Under the pieces are notes generated by a model that worked only from the letters and a program-made list of their open reading frames with translations, searched no databases and was not told the DNA's origin. The translations under genes and the position numbers were made by a program. A stretch of 64,000 nt of DNA. It comes from Catajapyx aquilonaris. Lineage: Eukaryota. The stretch spans positions 1-64,000 of the forward strand of contig JYFJ02001872.1 in assembly GCA_000934665.2 (NCBI GenBank), in the 5' to 3' direction. Every line of letters begins with the position of its first letter. The first letter of the stretch is position 1. Below, in pieces: positions 1 to 12,400 of this stretch.

Positions 1-443
1 TTTCTATCTGCCAACCTGCATAAGCCCTGTATTTGTGGTCAAAAAAATAAAGTTTAAAAACTTTCTGACCGACCCTCGTATTATTGAACTCCAGTCTTCT
101 GGTAAAGCCTGATTTCATCAACCATTATACTGTATTTGTCAGTTACGAGCAAGTAGTATCCACAATGAATTCAATTATTTCTCATAGCCTGTTATAAAAT
201 TAGCCTGACGTGTTATAAATGATAGATAATTGGATTAAGTAATCCATAGCTTACTCCACATTTCATGCAAACAAATGCTGTTAATAATACCTATTTAGAG
301 TGTACTTGCATGAACTGTTTTGTTTACACAACTATCAGGATTGTGTTTTTTTAGGACACACGCTCTCCATACATGAAGGGTCCTAATAATGCATACTTCA
401 GCTTATGTGGCACTTATTATTCTTTATGAAAACAACTTTTTAG

Positions 444-3400
444 ATGTGCCACTGGGCAACCATCCACATGCGGAACTGCCTCATGCAGTCAAACCAGATG
501 CAGAACAGGTGACTGCCGAAAATAAAGCCTCACCACAATCCAGTGAAAAGAAGGAAGAAGATTTAATTTCTGCAGTTACTGGAGCTGTGGCTACATTGAC
601 CCTAGGGAGTGGTCATGAGAGGGAATCAAGTGGTGAAGGCTGTGAGTTTGGAAGTGACAGTGATATGAAGTTACCACGTAAAACCCGAGAGAATCCAGGG
701 ACAGATGACATTAATCAGGAAGTGATTGCACCAGAGAAGCACCACCTACATGATGTCTCCAGCAGTAGCTCCCATGCTTCACATAGGGTAATTGTTGATT
801 ATTAGCTTGTAATTTTCAAGTCATCTAAGTTGCCACATAGACATCACTGAAAAAGGTTATGCCATTGTTACAGTCCTGAAATAAGATAATTGGGTGGTTC
901 TACTTTTAAATTGAAAATAGCCCTATGATTATGTTGTTTCCTCTGAATTATGTCTTGTTGTATTAGCTTGCACTTTGGAACTTGCACAAGTACTGCAGAG
1001 CAAAATTTAAATTCAACTTCGTGAATGGGGTCGTAGCCTTCATTTTGGAAACTACATCAAAAATTCGGCCATAATTTTTGGATTTTTTTGGCGTATTCCG
1101 TTTTTAGAAATTCCTTTCAGTTCCGGAGATATTGGCGTTTTTTCGGTAGGACATGGTGTCGTCACTGTGTCCTAGCGAAATGTTGACGTCACACAAAGTG
1201 AAATGAAGGCAAGAATGATGTTATAGAACATGCCCCGGCATGGTCGTAAAATGCTTCGTTGTCGTTAGCAACCGTCCTATTCCCGGTGCCTGCGGTGCCA
1301 GACCTTCGCAGAGCTTGGTTCGGAGGGCGGGCAGGTCTCCCTGGGGTGAACCCACCCCGCTGTGTGCCGGAGGGAGTGAAGAAGCGTGAGCAAGATAGCG
1401 GCCGGGGTGCATTTTACTCTAAGCCGCTCAAACCGTTTCGGGCCCGGCAGTGATGCCAGCAGCTCAGAATTATCTGCCTCCCAAATTCGGAACATAAAGG
1501 CCCCCTTACGCCACCTCGATGGCCTACAGCCGCCTTGCGAATGTTTTCCGTCGTGTTCGCGGTAAATTCAAAATCAAATTCCTCATCTCTCGCAGTCAAC
1601 CTGGCATTTCAGTGTACCCTTCGATTGGCACCACTCGGCTGCCCCGTTTTTCCCGCCAATTTTGAAGGCACTTTTAAATATGCTGTAATTTATCCAGTAA
1701 TGTCATTTTGATGCAGCAGAGTGATGGAATGTGTGTTTGCAGGCATGGGCTAGCTATTTATGAACAAAAATCCAAAATCCCCGACCAAGGCTAGGACCCC
1801 ATTATAAAAGCCTGTCCATCTCGAAGTATGCTGCCGTAAACTAATTTACTAGTGCATTTTGTAATTTTTCACGAGAGAACTGTGTTTTTGAAATTATTCT
1901 TCTGATTTTACTAGCAGGATATGGTAGGTCAGCATCCTCCCCTTCCCAGCTTCCATGCAAGAGAGAGCAGCCCGTTTCAGCCAGTTCCCCATCATCACCA
2001 GCCAACGCCCTCCCCTCAGCCCCCTCCCCTCCCGCTGCTGCCACCACAACGAAAGGACTCAGGGGTGATACAGGAAGAGATGGCCAGCAGGAATGTTCCC
2101 AGGCCCACAGCAGTTAGTCCAGTGCATGGAGCCAACCTGGAAATGACCCCAGACAACAAGGAGAGGCCAGATGTTGATGGGCAGGATGAACGAATGTGTG
2201 CTTACAAGAGGGTCAGTATTGTGACCAATTGTGACTTAGTCTAATAAAAGACCATGTTATTACAGTTACTAGTTACCAAGAAAAGGATGCGATACATTTA
2301 TCACAGAACATTCTTATTTTGCCATTATTTTTGACTGTTTGAAAGGGCTTATTTATTTATAATTTATTTTTTAGAATGAAGGTTCAGGTGAAGGCAAACA
2401 ATTGAAAACACTGGCAACTGAATGATGTGCTGATTTTGTTGCATTGCTTAAGGAGAACATTGCACAACTTTTTTAAATGAACCATAGTTACGAATAACTG
2501 TGGAGTTGGTCTTCCCATAATTAGTAGCTAGTAAAGAAATTATTGCATGAGCATAATTCAGGATTGACTTTCATGCAACTCTCCAAAATCCCCATGTTTG
2601 TAAATAATATGCTAGCATATAGTTATCTCTTCTCAAAACACATCCACATTTTACATTACTACGAGGCACGTCCAGAAAGTAAGTTCCGTTTTTAAACTAG
2701 AAAAACCACAATGCACCCCCAGAATTTTTATTTACACATCAAAAATCGACAAATATCTACTTTTTTTCAAAATAGTTTCCAGCGAAATTTGGGCATTTTT
2801 CATTGAGTTGCACAATATTTTGCATGCCTATGTCATAGGAGTCTGCCGCCAGCCATTTCCGCAATCCCTGAACGCTGGGTTGCAACTCGTCATCGTCGTC
2901 AACCTTCTGCTTTGCAAGCCATTTTTCCCTGTCCATGGACAGGTGGTAATCGCTATGTTCTATATCCCAGGTGATCAAGAAATTCCTACTCGAATTGTTG
3001 CGGCAGGGTTCCAGTAAGCAAGGCAGTACGTAGGGGGGCATTGTCGCGCAAGAAAACACTCTGAAACTCAGTATGCTGCTACGTTTGTTCAACTCAAAGG
3101 TTTATTGTGAGACATTACAGAAGTTAAGGATGGCAATTCACATGAAATGTATCAGTATATTGAGTTTCAGGGTGTTTTCTTGCGCGATAATGCCCCGCTG
3201 TGTACTGCCTTGCTTACTGGAACCCTGCCCCAACAATTCGAGTAGGAATTTCTTGATCACCTGGGATTTAGAACATAGCGATTACCACCTGTCCATGGAC
3301 AGGGAGAAGTGGCTTGCAAAGGAGAAGGTTGACGGTGATGACGAGTTGCAACCCAGCGTTCAGGGATTGCGGAAATGGCTGGCGGCAGACTCCTATGACA

Positions 3401-6400
3401 TAGGCATGCAAAATATTGTGCAACTCAATGAAAAATGCCCAAATTTCGCTGGAAACTATTTTGAAAAAAAGTAGACATTTGTCGACTTCTAATGTGTAAA
3501 TAAAAATTCTGGTGGTGCATTGTGGTTTTTCTAATTTAAAAAAACGGAACTTACTTTCTGGACGCGCCTCGTATGTCATTTTGAACTTGTCTGGACTAGC
3601 ATTTGTTCCTGCCCACGTGCACCACCTCGTGGCGGCACTTGTATAAAATGAGTGGGGGTGACCTCGCTCGCTACTACACAATTCACTCCTACTTGGCTGT
3701 AATCTCAGAGCAATAGACATGTGTAGTTGTCCCCAGTCTGGAGTTTCACTTACTGAACCCATGAGCTAGCCCACCTAGTCGGTACGGCAATTGCGGTTTC
3801 TGACAAACTCATGGCAAAGGTTTGCACACTGGAGGTAGCTTACTCACTGGGTAACTTGTTGTTTTTTCCTAACGTTTTTGATTGCATTACATCCAAATTG
3901 CAATGATTCTCTCTGTTTTGAATTTGGCCGTGCACTGATGGTAATAACAATGATTGGTGTTTGGGACTTACTTGTGAAGGCTCAGGGATGAAGCAAGATT
4001 CCTTGCGGTATTTTGTTGTAATTCAAAAGCTGTCAAATTAGCTTTTGCACTTTAGAGGTACTGTTATTTTATCATAATCTGATCTGGCAGTTATTCAGTT
4101 ACTGTTTGTGCCAACTCTGAAGTGTGTGTCTTTTTTTTGTAGAAAGGTGACTCATCACAACCGTGGGGCTATGGATCTGGATATGTCCAGCAACATCAGC
4201 CAGAGAACCTAGAAGTGGCTCCAAATACATCAAAGCCCAAGCTGATCCATGAGGACACACCTCCACGGTTGGCCACACAGCAGCCGCAGCCGCAGCCGCA
4301 GCAGCAGCAACAGCAACCCCCTCTCTTGCCTACGCCACCAGCAGCCGATCGAAATCAATTCTTAGAGACTGGCCACCTTTTAGAAGAAGTTCCTTTAGTA
4401 GCAACATCTGCAACTGCCTGCACTGCTCCTACTTCTGCCATCACAACTATTGCCACTGCCACCCAACCTAGGCAATCTCTAGAACCCCCAAGTGGGCGCC
4501 AAGAGGAACCTCCCACATTTCAAAGACTTGTTCCTGGAGAGAGTCGGACTCAAGTTTCACAAGCTTCCTCAGCACCACCTCTCTCAACTTCTACCACATT
4601 AACTGACAGTCAAGGGCAACCCCCAACCCCATTCTTAGAGCCACGGATTGTGACTGGGGAGGGTGTCCGGAGTGGTGCTGCTGCATCTGGGAATTCAGCT
4701 GCTGGTGAGGAGCGCAGTGAGACTATTGGGTCAGACAATACGGATGAGGTACCATACCCCATGCCAAAGGACAAGAGTGATCATAGCAGGTGAGCTCAAC
4801 TGCCTGTATGGGAGTGAATTATTTCTGCTATAATATCAATATAATAGAACTCTTTGGAATTAGCAGATAGGCAGCATGTCAATAATGAGTAGTTTGAATT
4901 TCCATGGTAATATGCATGTGTATTCAGAAGCATAATGGTAACCTCATAAATGATGATGCGATCAGAAAGGTAAGAATAAATTGGGAAGCCGTACTGCAAA
5001 AATAATTTATCCACCTTTACAATACAGGGTGAAGGGAAACTCACGCCAAATCGCCAGGTAGACTGATAGTACTTGCAAAACGAATATAGGGATGTGCAAT
5101 TAGTTTTGGGCTCTGTTTCATAGTTAATGCGTGCGGTGCCATCAAAGTTTCGTGACGTCACATCCGTTTCGCCAGCTGCTAAGAAGCAAAAGTCAGCTCG
5201 AAGGCTTCCGATCCCTTGCTTTGGTCCCCTAACACAGCATCCATGTGCAACAGGTGATCAAATCCCGTCAGACCCATTCACCTTGTCATTTTTACCTCGT
5301 ATTTTACCATCATGCCCTCTACACTTTAAAGGCACCGTACGCATTAACTACGCAATGGAGCCAAAAACTAATTACACATCCCTATATTAGTTTTGCGAGT
5401 ACTATCAGTCTACCATGTGATTTGGTGTGAGTTTCCCTTCACCCTGCATACTAAGCTAATGGACAAGTGTATGTTCAGGATTAATGCTCAGTGATAATAA
5501 TAAATTGTAGTTTGTTTGTCAGTTAGTTGAACAGCTCTCATAGTAAGAGAAATTATCATATGTTATAGTATGTGTTAAACTCAGTAACTGCCGTTATTCA
5601 AATCTTGGTAATTAAGTTTACTTTTGGTCATAATTTATGCAAGTAGCATGGAGTTAAGGAATTTTTAAAATGGATAATGGGAGTGCAAATAACTAGACCA
5701 GGGGTATTCAACTAGTTTCTGACAAGGTCCAGTATTTACCTTTCCTGGGCCATAGAAGGTCCGGGACCCCCCCCCCCGCCCCCNTTTCGCCCTTTATGAT
5801 GTCCTGTATACAGGGGCGTAGGCAGAAGAATTTCGGAGGGGGGCCCATTTCGTAAGCACAAGGTGAACAAGCCGTAAAGGGAGGGTTCAAGGTCACACGA
5901 GCTTAGGTGAGATGTGGGAGATTTGAATAGGTGTGTATTTGATGAAATTGGTAGCACTTTTTCCCAAAAAAAATTATGAATTTGTAATTTATCATGCTAT
6001 TTCAAACTGTCCTGTATATTGTCGCGGTCCGGACAAAATTGCGTCGCTGTCCGGATCCGGACCGCGGGCCGCCAGTTGAATATCCCTGAACTAGACTTTG
6101 ATGGTTAAGGCGACGGGATACCTCAGTTTCCTGCCACTTTTCCAGCAACTGAAAAGAAAATAGGGTATGCCGAGGAGTCTTCCACTGACACATTCTGGTC
6201 TATTTCTAAGAAAGTTTGAAGTTCTTTTATGTATGATGTTGAGGTCAATAATGAGAGGTTTTAGTGTCTTCTTGTGTAACTTTCAGGGATGAGAGCCCAT
6301 CCAGCATGGATGAGTTGGCTCCTAGGTGCCACCGTGAGGATCAGCGGAGAGGACGCCAATACTACTCTAGGGAAGGGTCCCCAAAAGAAAGGCGGAAAGG

Positions 6401-9400
6401 AGGTGGGCGCAAGGAAGAGGATGAAAGATGGGAGAGGGAAAGGCGAAGTGGGAAACGATACGAGCGAAGAGGTTCCCATTCAGAGGAGTATCGAGACAAG
6501 ACAGAGGAAGATGCAGATGATGAGGCAGTAGAAAGGCATCTAGCCAATCGCAGGGAAAGGGGATATCGAGAGGAGTGGGATATGTATAGAGGGGGTGAGG
6601 AAAGGAACAGAGGAGGGGGTGCATACAGGGAGGGGAAAAGTCCAGCTCCACGTGAGTGGCGTGATGATTATCAACATCGTGGAGGGGGCTACCCAGAAGA
6701 CCTGTACTATAGGGACAAGCAGAGGTCGCAAACCCCTAGTCGTACTGGGTCTGAATATGAGCGTCCACCTTCCCGCACCCAGTCAGCAGCAGGGTACGAG
6801 TCAGACAGAGATGAAAGATACTATCGGGACCACTATGACCCTTATAGACGTCCAGACCCCCGCAGTGGGAGGTATTCCAACATGGATGTACGAGAGCCAC
6901 CACCCAGAGAGAGACACCCAAGAGATCCAAAGGACCCAAGGGACCCAAGGGACCCAAGGGACCCAAGGGATTATCAAAATACGTATTATCCAGGTGAGTT
7001 AATCATTGATTATTGTCCAGTATTAGTTAATGATTACATGTATACTTGGATATTGAGGACATTAAGAAATATACATTATATACAGGATGTATACAAATCC
7101 ATCTGCCAAAATGACGGGTGGCAGGGGATGCGTATGGAACACGCATGACATGGTTCAAAAGGCTGGTTATGACATTGACGTTGACAATGTCTATCCTGAC
7201 AAGTATGGATGTCCTCGTACATGCCTGCATCACTGGTTGTCAGGTCAGGCTGGTTGAGTAATGGTCTGGCAGTATGAGTGGCTGGCCTAGCAAACCAGCA
7301 ATGCAGACTTGTATGGTGGTATTCACACTTGTCAGGATCGACATCTCCAAAATGGATTGTCACAGACCTTTCGGACCCATGCCGTGCTTCTTCAATTTGC
7401 ACCCCCTACCACCCGTATCATATTGGCAGATGAATTTATGTATACCCTGTACAGAGTAATTGTATATAGTAATTGTTAATTCATAGTCAGTAAGTTAAAT
7501 GCAATTTTGCATTAATTGATACTATATCTGTTGCTTGATTGCATTTTCAATTCATTTATGTTGTAAATAATTAAAAACTGTTGACACAGATACTTTTTAA
7601 ATGTAGGTAGGTTTTACTAGAATGTGATCTTCTGTAATAAAACTTGGAAGGAAAGTAAATTTTCCACATAACTTGAGGATGTAGACATCAATGGTTTCAT
7701 TGATACTGGCAAAGCACCAATAATGTAACTGTTCAATTTATGCCTTAATCTGCCAAATAAGTAAATCCTCCTAGATTCATTCCCAGAGTACATCCCTCTA
7801 CCTGAACTGATGTCACCCAGACACCTACCAGACCTGTCCAGAACTGAGGAGCATCACTCTAACCCAGTGGAATGCCCCTCTCATAGAAGTCCCTCTCCAA
7901 ACATCTGCCTTTCCAACCCACTGCTGAGAGGTGGTGTGCCTGAGCAAAACCTGGTTCGAGATTCGATGCCTCCCGTCTGTCATGTGCCATACGTTCCTTC
8001 AAGTGGGAACATACGCCCAAACCATCCTAGGCCTTTGATGAAGAATTATACTACTAAAAATTCAGATTGCTCATGTACTGAAACACCAGAACATGTCTGC
8101 AGTCCTGTTGAGCTCCATATGGGAAGTAATTCACCTCTGAGCTCTCATCACAACCCCGAGCTACAAATCTGTAATCCTGGGAGAGCCACACCTGTGAAGC
8201 CAGTTCATTACTCCACTTCCCCCTACCCCTACGGCTATGCCCATGGCTATTATCCTGTGTATTCATCACGTGATTCCTACATTGAATTCGCCTCACCATC
8301 TCCTGCTGAGACAAATATTACCATCCATTTGTCACCATGCCCAATTCCAAAGAGGGTAAATCTCACTTTGTGGGAAAATAGCAGTGAGCATTATTACTGC
8401 CCTAATTTTTTTTATTAGAGTTAGCCTATGTAATCTAAGTATTGTAGAAAAGGGAACTGACTCTGTTCTTGGGTGAGGGAGGGAAGGAGAGATATAGCAT
8501 TATTTTGTAATGTTTCTTCAGATTAATAAGATTTGCAGTTACTTCATTGTGATGTGGTTAAACAAAGCTGGACAGTTTTAATATTTAATATGCCAATTGC
8601 AATAATGTTCAGCCTACTGAGTTCATTTGAAACCAGATTGGCATAGTCTGTGAACATTACTTTCGCATAATATTCAAGTAAAAGTGTAGGGTACAAACTC
8701 CATTACATGAGTATGCTGTGAACTTTTTTCTTTCTTGATTTGCTTTGTAGGTTACAATTACTACCACCAGAGGCAATACTATAATGCATATCAGCATTAC
8801 TACAGCAACATCCAGTACCAATACTATGATGATCTATATCGCAAGAACCCCCAGGCATATGCAGAGTTGTACAAAAATTACTATGAGAACCAATCTCAGC
8901 AGCAACGGCAGCAAGCACTGTTGCCTCAGGCACAGGAATCGAACTTTACTGATGAGAGAACCAGTGTCCATTCAGGAAGAAGTTCAGTGAATGAGGAGAG
9001 ATTCCTACAGCACCCTGACTATCACCACCATCAGGGAGTAATGGGGGTTGATCTGGGCCAGGCAAGGAGGCCACCCAGTACACCGAAGGAATACGGAGAC
9101 AACTTTGACTACTCAAGGTGAGTAATATATTGTTGTTCATAAGTGAAATGTGATAGTGTTATGGTTGTTGCTGAAAGGTGACAACCATTTTGACACTTGC
9201 AAAATGTGGAATGTTCCTGCAGTGGAATGGCAGCTAGCTGTCTGCCAAGACAATTTTTATTTTATAACATTTCAAGTGATTGAATTTGTGCGTGCTTGGG
9301 TGTAGTTGTCAGCTATTTTGCCTTCTTTTGGATTTCAAAGTATCACTCCTCCATCAGTTATGCAGTAAACAGTCATTGTTCACTGTATTATGAGATTTCT

Positions 9401-12400
9401 TTGTCCTACTGGGAAACACTGCATGGCCCAGAAAGGACAATTCAGGGAAGACCCAAGCCCATCAGGCATGTTTCTAATAAAATGGCAACGCTCTGATTGA
9501 CATCTTCAAGGCCACACCCCAGATGTTACTGACTTAATAACTTAAATTATAACTTATAAATTAAAATTATGACTCTAAATTATTAATTATTACTAACTAT
9601 AACTGTGAATTATAACCTAATTATAAATTAAAACTTAAATTGGCCTAAAATTATACTGCACAGTCCCATGTCAGACAATTTAGTGCATGACAGTGTCATT
9701 TTTGGTTCGCCATGCTGAGAAAGGGATCCAATCAATATTACATTTACTTTTGATGTCCCGATACAGTATATCCTATGGAGATCAAAGTGTCCTCCATGAA
9801 TCCCAACAAGAAGAACCTCCACCTCCAGCCCGTCTGACCCCAGCCAAGTACCCAATGCCACATGCTCTGTCCAGGATGAGTGCTAGTGGCCATCTTGTGA
9901 GGGTATTGCCTAATAGTCCTTTGGATGGGCAGCCAGCTACAGTGGAGCTTCACAGCCTCCAGGCTCTCACCCAGGGATGCCCTGACTTCCAAGAGCTTAG
10001 GGACTTTCCTGGCCCTCTGGTCAAGGGGACTTCTCACAAGAGGATTATCATAGATTTTTGCAAGGCCAAGGTTCAGAAGAGTTCTCATCTGCCAGATCTA
10101 GTCGACAGAGAAGGATATGTCCTGTTATGGGAACTTCTAATTCTCATGCTCAAACAGAATGGGGTGAGTCAATACATTGTAGTTTTCTCTGTCTTTTTTT
10201 GGTTTTGCCTGACACATGTCTGGATATAATGACGCTCTAGATTTTGATGAATAGCTTGTCATGTTATAAATGTAGTGTAAGTTTGTTTACGTGTGATTTT
10301 ATTTATTTATTCACTCATTAATCATTATGCAGAATGTTGTTGGGACGGACATAGCAGAGCTGCTGCTTCGTGACCGGGAATCATTGGACAACTCAGAGAA
10401 ATCATCCATCTGCTCAGAGACTACATCCTCAGCTGATGGTGGGACTACTCCAGCAAGAGAAGTCACAACTGCAGTAGTGACCAGCTCCAACTCACATGTG
10501 AACTCAGCAAATGACTCATCAGTGGTGATCCGCTTCAGGGAACTCCTACTGTTTGGTCACAAAAAGGAGGCACTGGAGTGGGCCATGAAGACTGGGTTGT
10601 GGGGACATGCTCTTTTCCTAGCCTCTAAGATGGATCAGAGGACCTATGGAGCAGTTCTCTCTCGATTTGCCAATGGGCTTCCCATGAATGATCCTCTTCA
10701 GACTTTGTACCAGCTGATGTCTGGGAGGCAACCTGCTGCTGTAGTGGTGAGAACGCTTAATTGGTCATTGTGAGTTGTTCAGGAAAAAATTGGTTGATTA
10801 CGGATTCCACACCTGATTGGAAAGCAATGTTTCCTTGACGGCCCATCTGGGCTTCCGTAAAAATTAGTGTTTGCATATGTCTAATGAAAATAAAAAATCA
10901 TTATAATAAAGGCAAACACTTTGGCTACTTTCAGTGTTGTACTGAGGAGAAGTGGGGAGACTGGCAACCTCATCTGGCCATGATTTTATCAAATCCTTCA
11001 AATCGTCCAGAGTTAGACCACAAGTCCATTGTGCAACTGGGTGACACCCTGGGTAAGTTTGCAGCTTTGAAGTTATGCTGAACTGTACTAACTGCTGAGT
11101 TGAAACTCTTTAGCCTCCAGAGGCTGTCTCTACTCATCACATCTGTGCTACCTGGTGGCCCAGGTTGAGTTTGGCACTTACTCGAGCAAGGCGTCCAAAG
11201 TGGTACTCCTGGGCTCGTCGCATCATCTTCCGCTTGCTCAGTTTGCTTCCAATGAGGCCATCCAGTGCACGGAGGTGTATGAGTTCGCCCGGATGCTGGC
11301 TGAGCCTGAGTGGATGCTGGCAAACTTTCAATCATACAAGTTCCTGTATGCTGGTCGCCTTGCTGAGTATGGGTTTGCTTCAGAGGCACTGCAGTACTGC
11401 GAAGCAATTTCATCTGCTGTCATCCGTCGACCTGACCTGTTCAGTCCCTCATTCTTGCGGCAACTGGAGGAGCTGGGGGCATCTCTCCGGATGCTTGACC
11501 CAACCCTGTACCTGGATGCTTCCCCAGAGAGTGAGGATGGTACCTTGTCAAAGATGGATGATCCTCAGTGGCTGCTGAACCTGAGGAGAGTCATGCAGGG
11601 CCGTCAGGTGGAACCGCTGACCACCACAAGTGACGTGGTTGAGGCATCTGATGCTGTTGATGGTGCAGAGACGACAACAGCAGTAATACAGGGAGATGGT
11701 GGGGAGGTGAGGGGCTCATGATTTGTTCCATTGGGTTTGGGCCTCTGGTGGTGGGATAGCATATTCATTGGGAACATCATGCACTATGCTTGTACTTCTG
11801 TCTTGACAGAACAACAGTAACAAGGTGTATATGAAAAGCATGAGAAGGCATGAACTGCCTCACAAAATGCAAGCAAGCTACATGGCTCAGTAGACCTGTC
11901 CACTAGGCTTTGCATGGCAGTTGTTCAGTAGGTAAATATCAGGTGGGTAATGCAACTTGGCAGAGTAACTTCTGTACCGAGAGGTCAGAGAGCACAGTAC
12001 ATTCATGAAAAAGAAATGTTAATTAATAATATGGGGAGTATACCGAGGTTGGTTAGTAATCTATTAGGTGGTAGGTAGATCCAATCTAAAGCACATGTTG
12101 ATGGTCTTACATGCCTTCACTTTTGGAGCAAAGACATTACTGGTAGAAAATGTGTCGGCCTGAAGTGGTACCATGATTGGGCACTCCCAGTTATGCTTCA
12201 TGTTTAGGCTTCTTAGGTTTCATGCCTGACACACTGATATGAAGAGAAGCCTGTTATAGAGCCCTTTTTGCATGCAAGTCTTTCCAAGTTGTGGCATGTA
12301 CAATTAACAAAATGAAAGAAGAAATGCGCAGTTTCATGCATACTTGTGGAACTGAAGCTGTGGAAAGAGTAGGATTATTTCTGTATTCCTGATGTGTTTG

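Noticed and set aside
2757..3474. Mirror-image ORFs (111 aa on -, 133 aa on +) as a divergent gene pair
   Set aside because: They are the two arms of a mariner fold-back and encode only a decayed transposase C-terminus.
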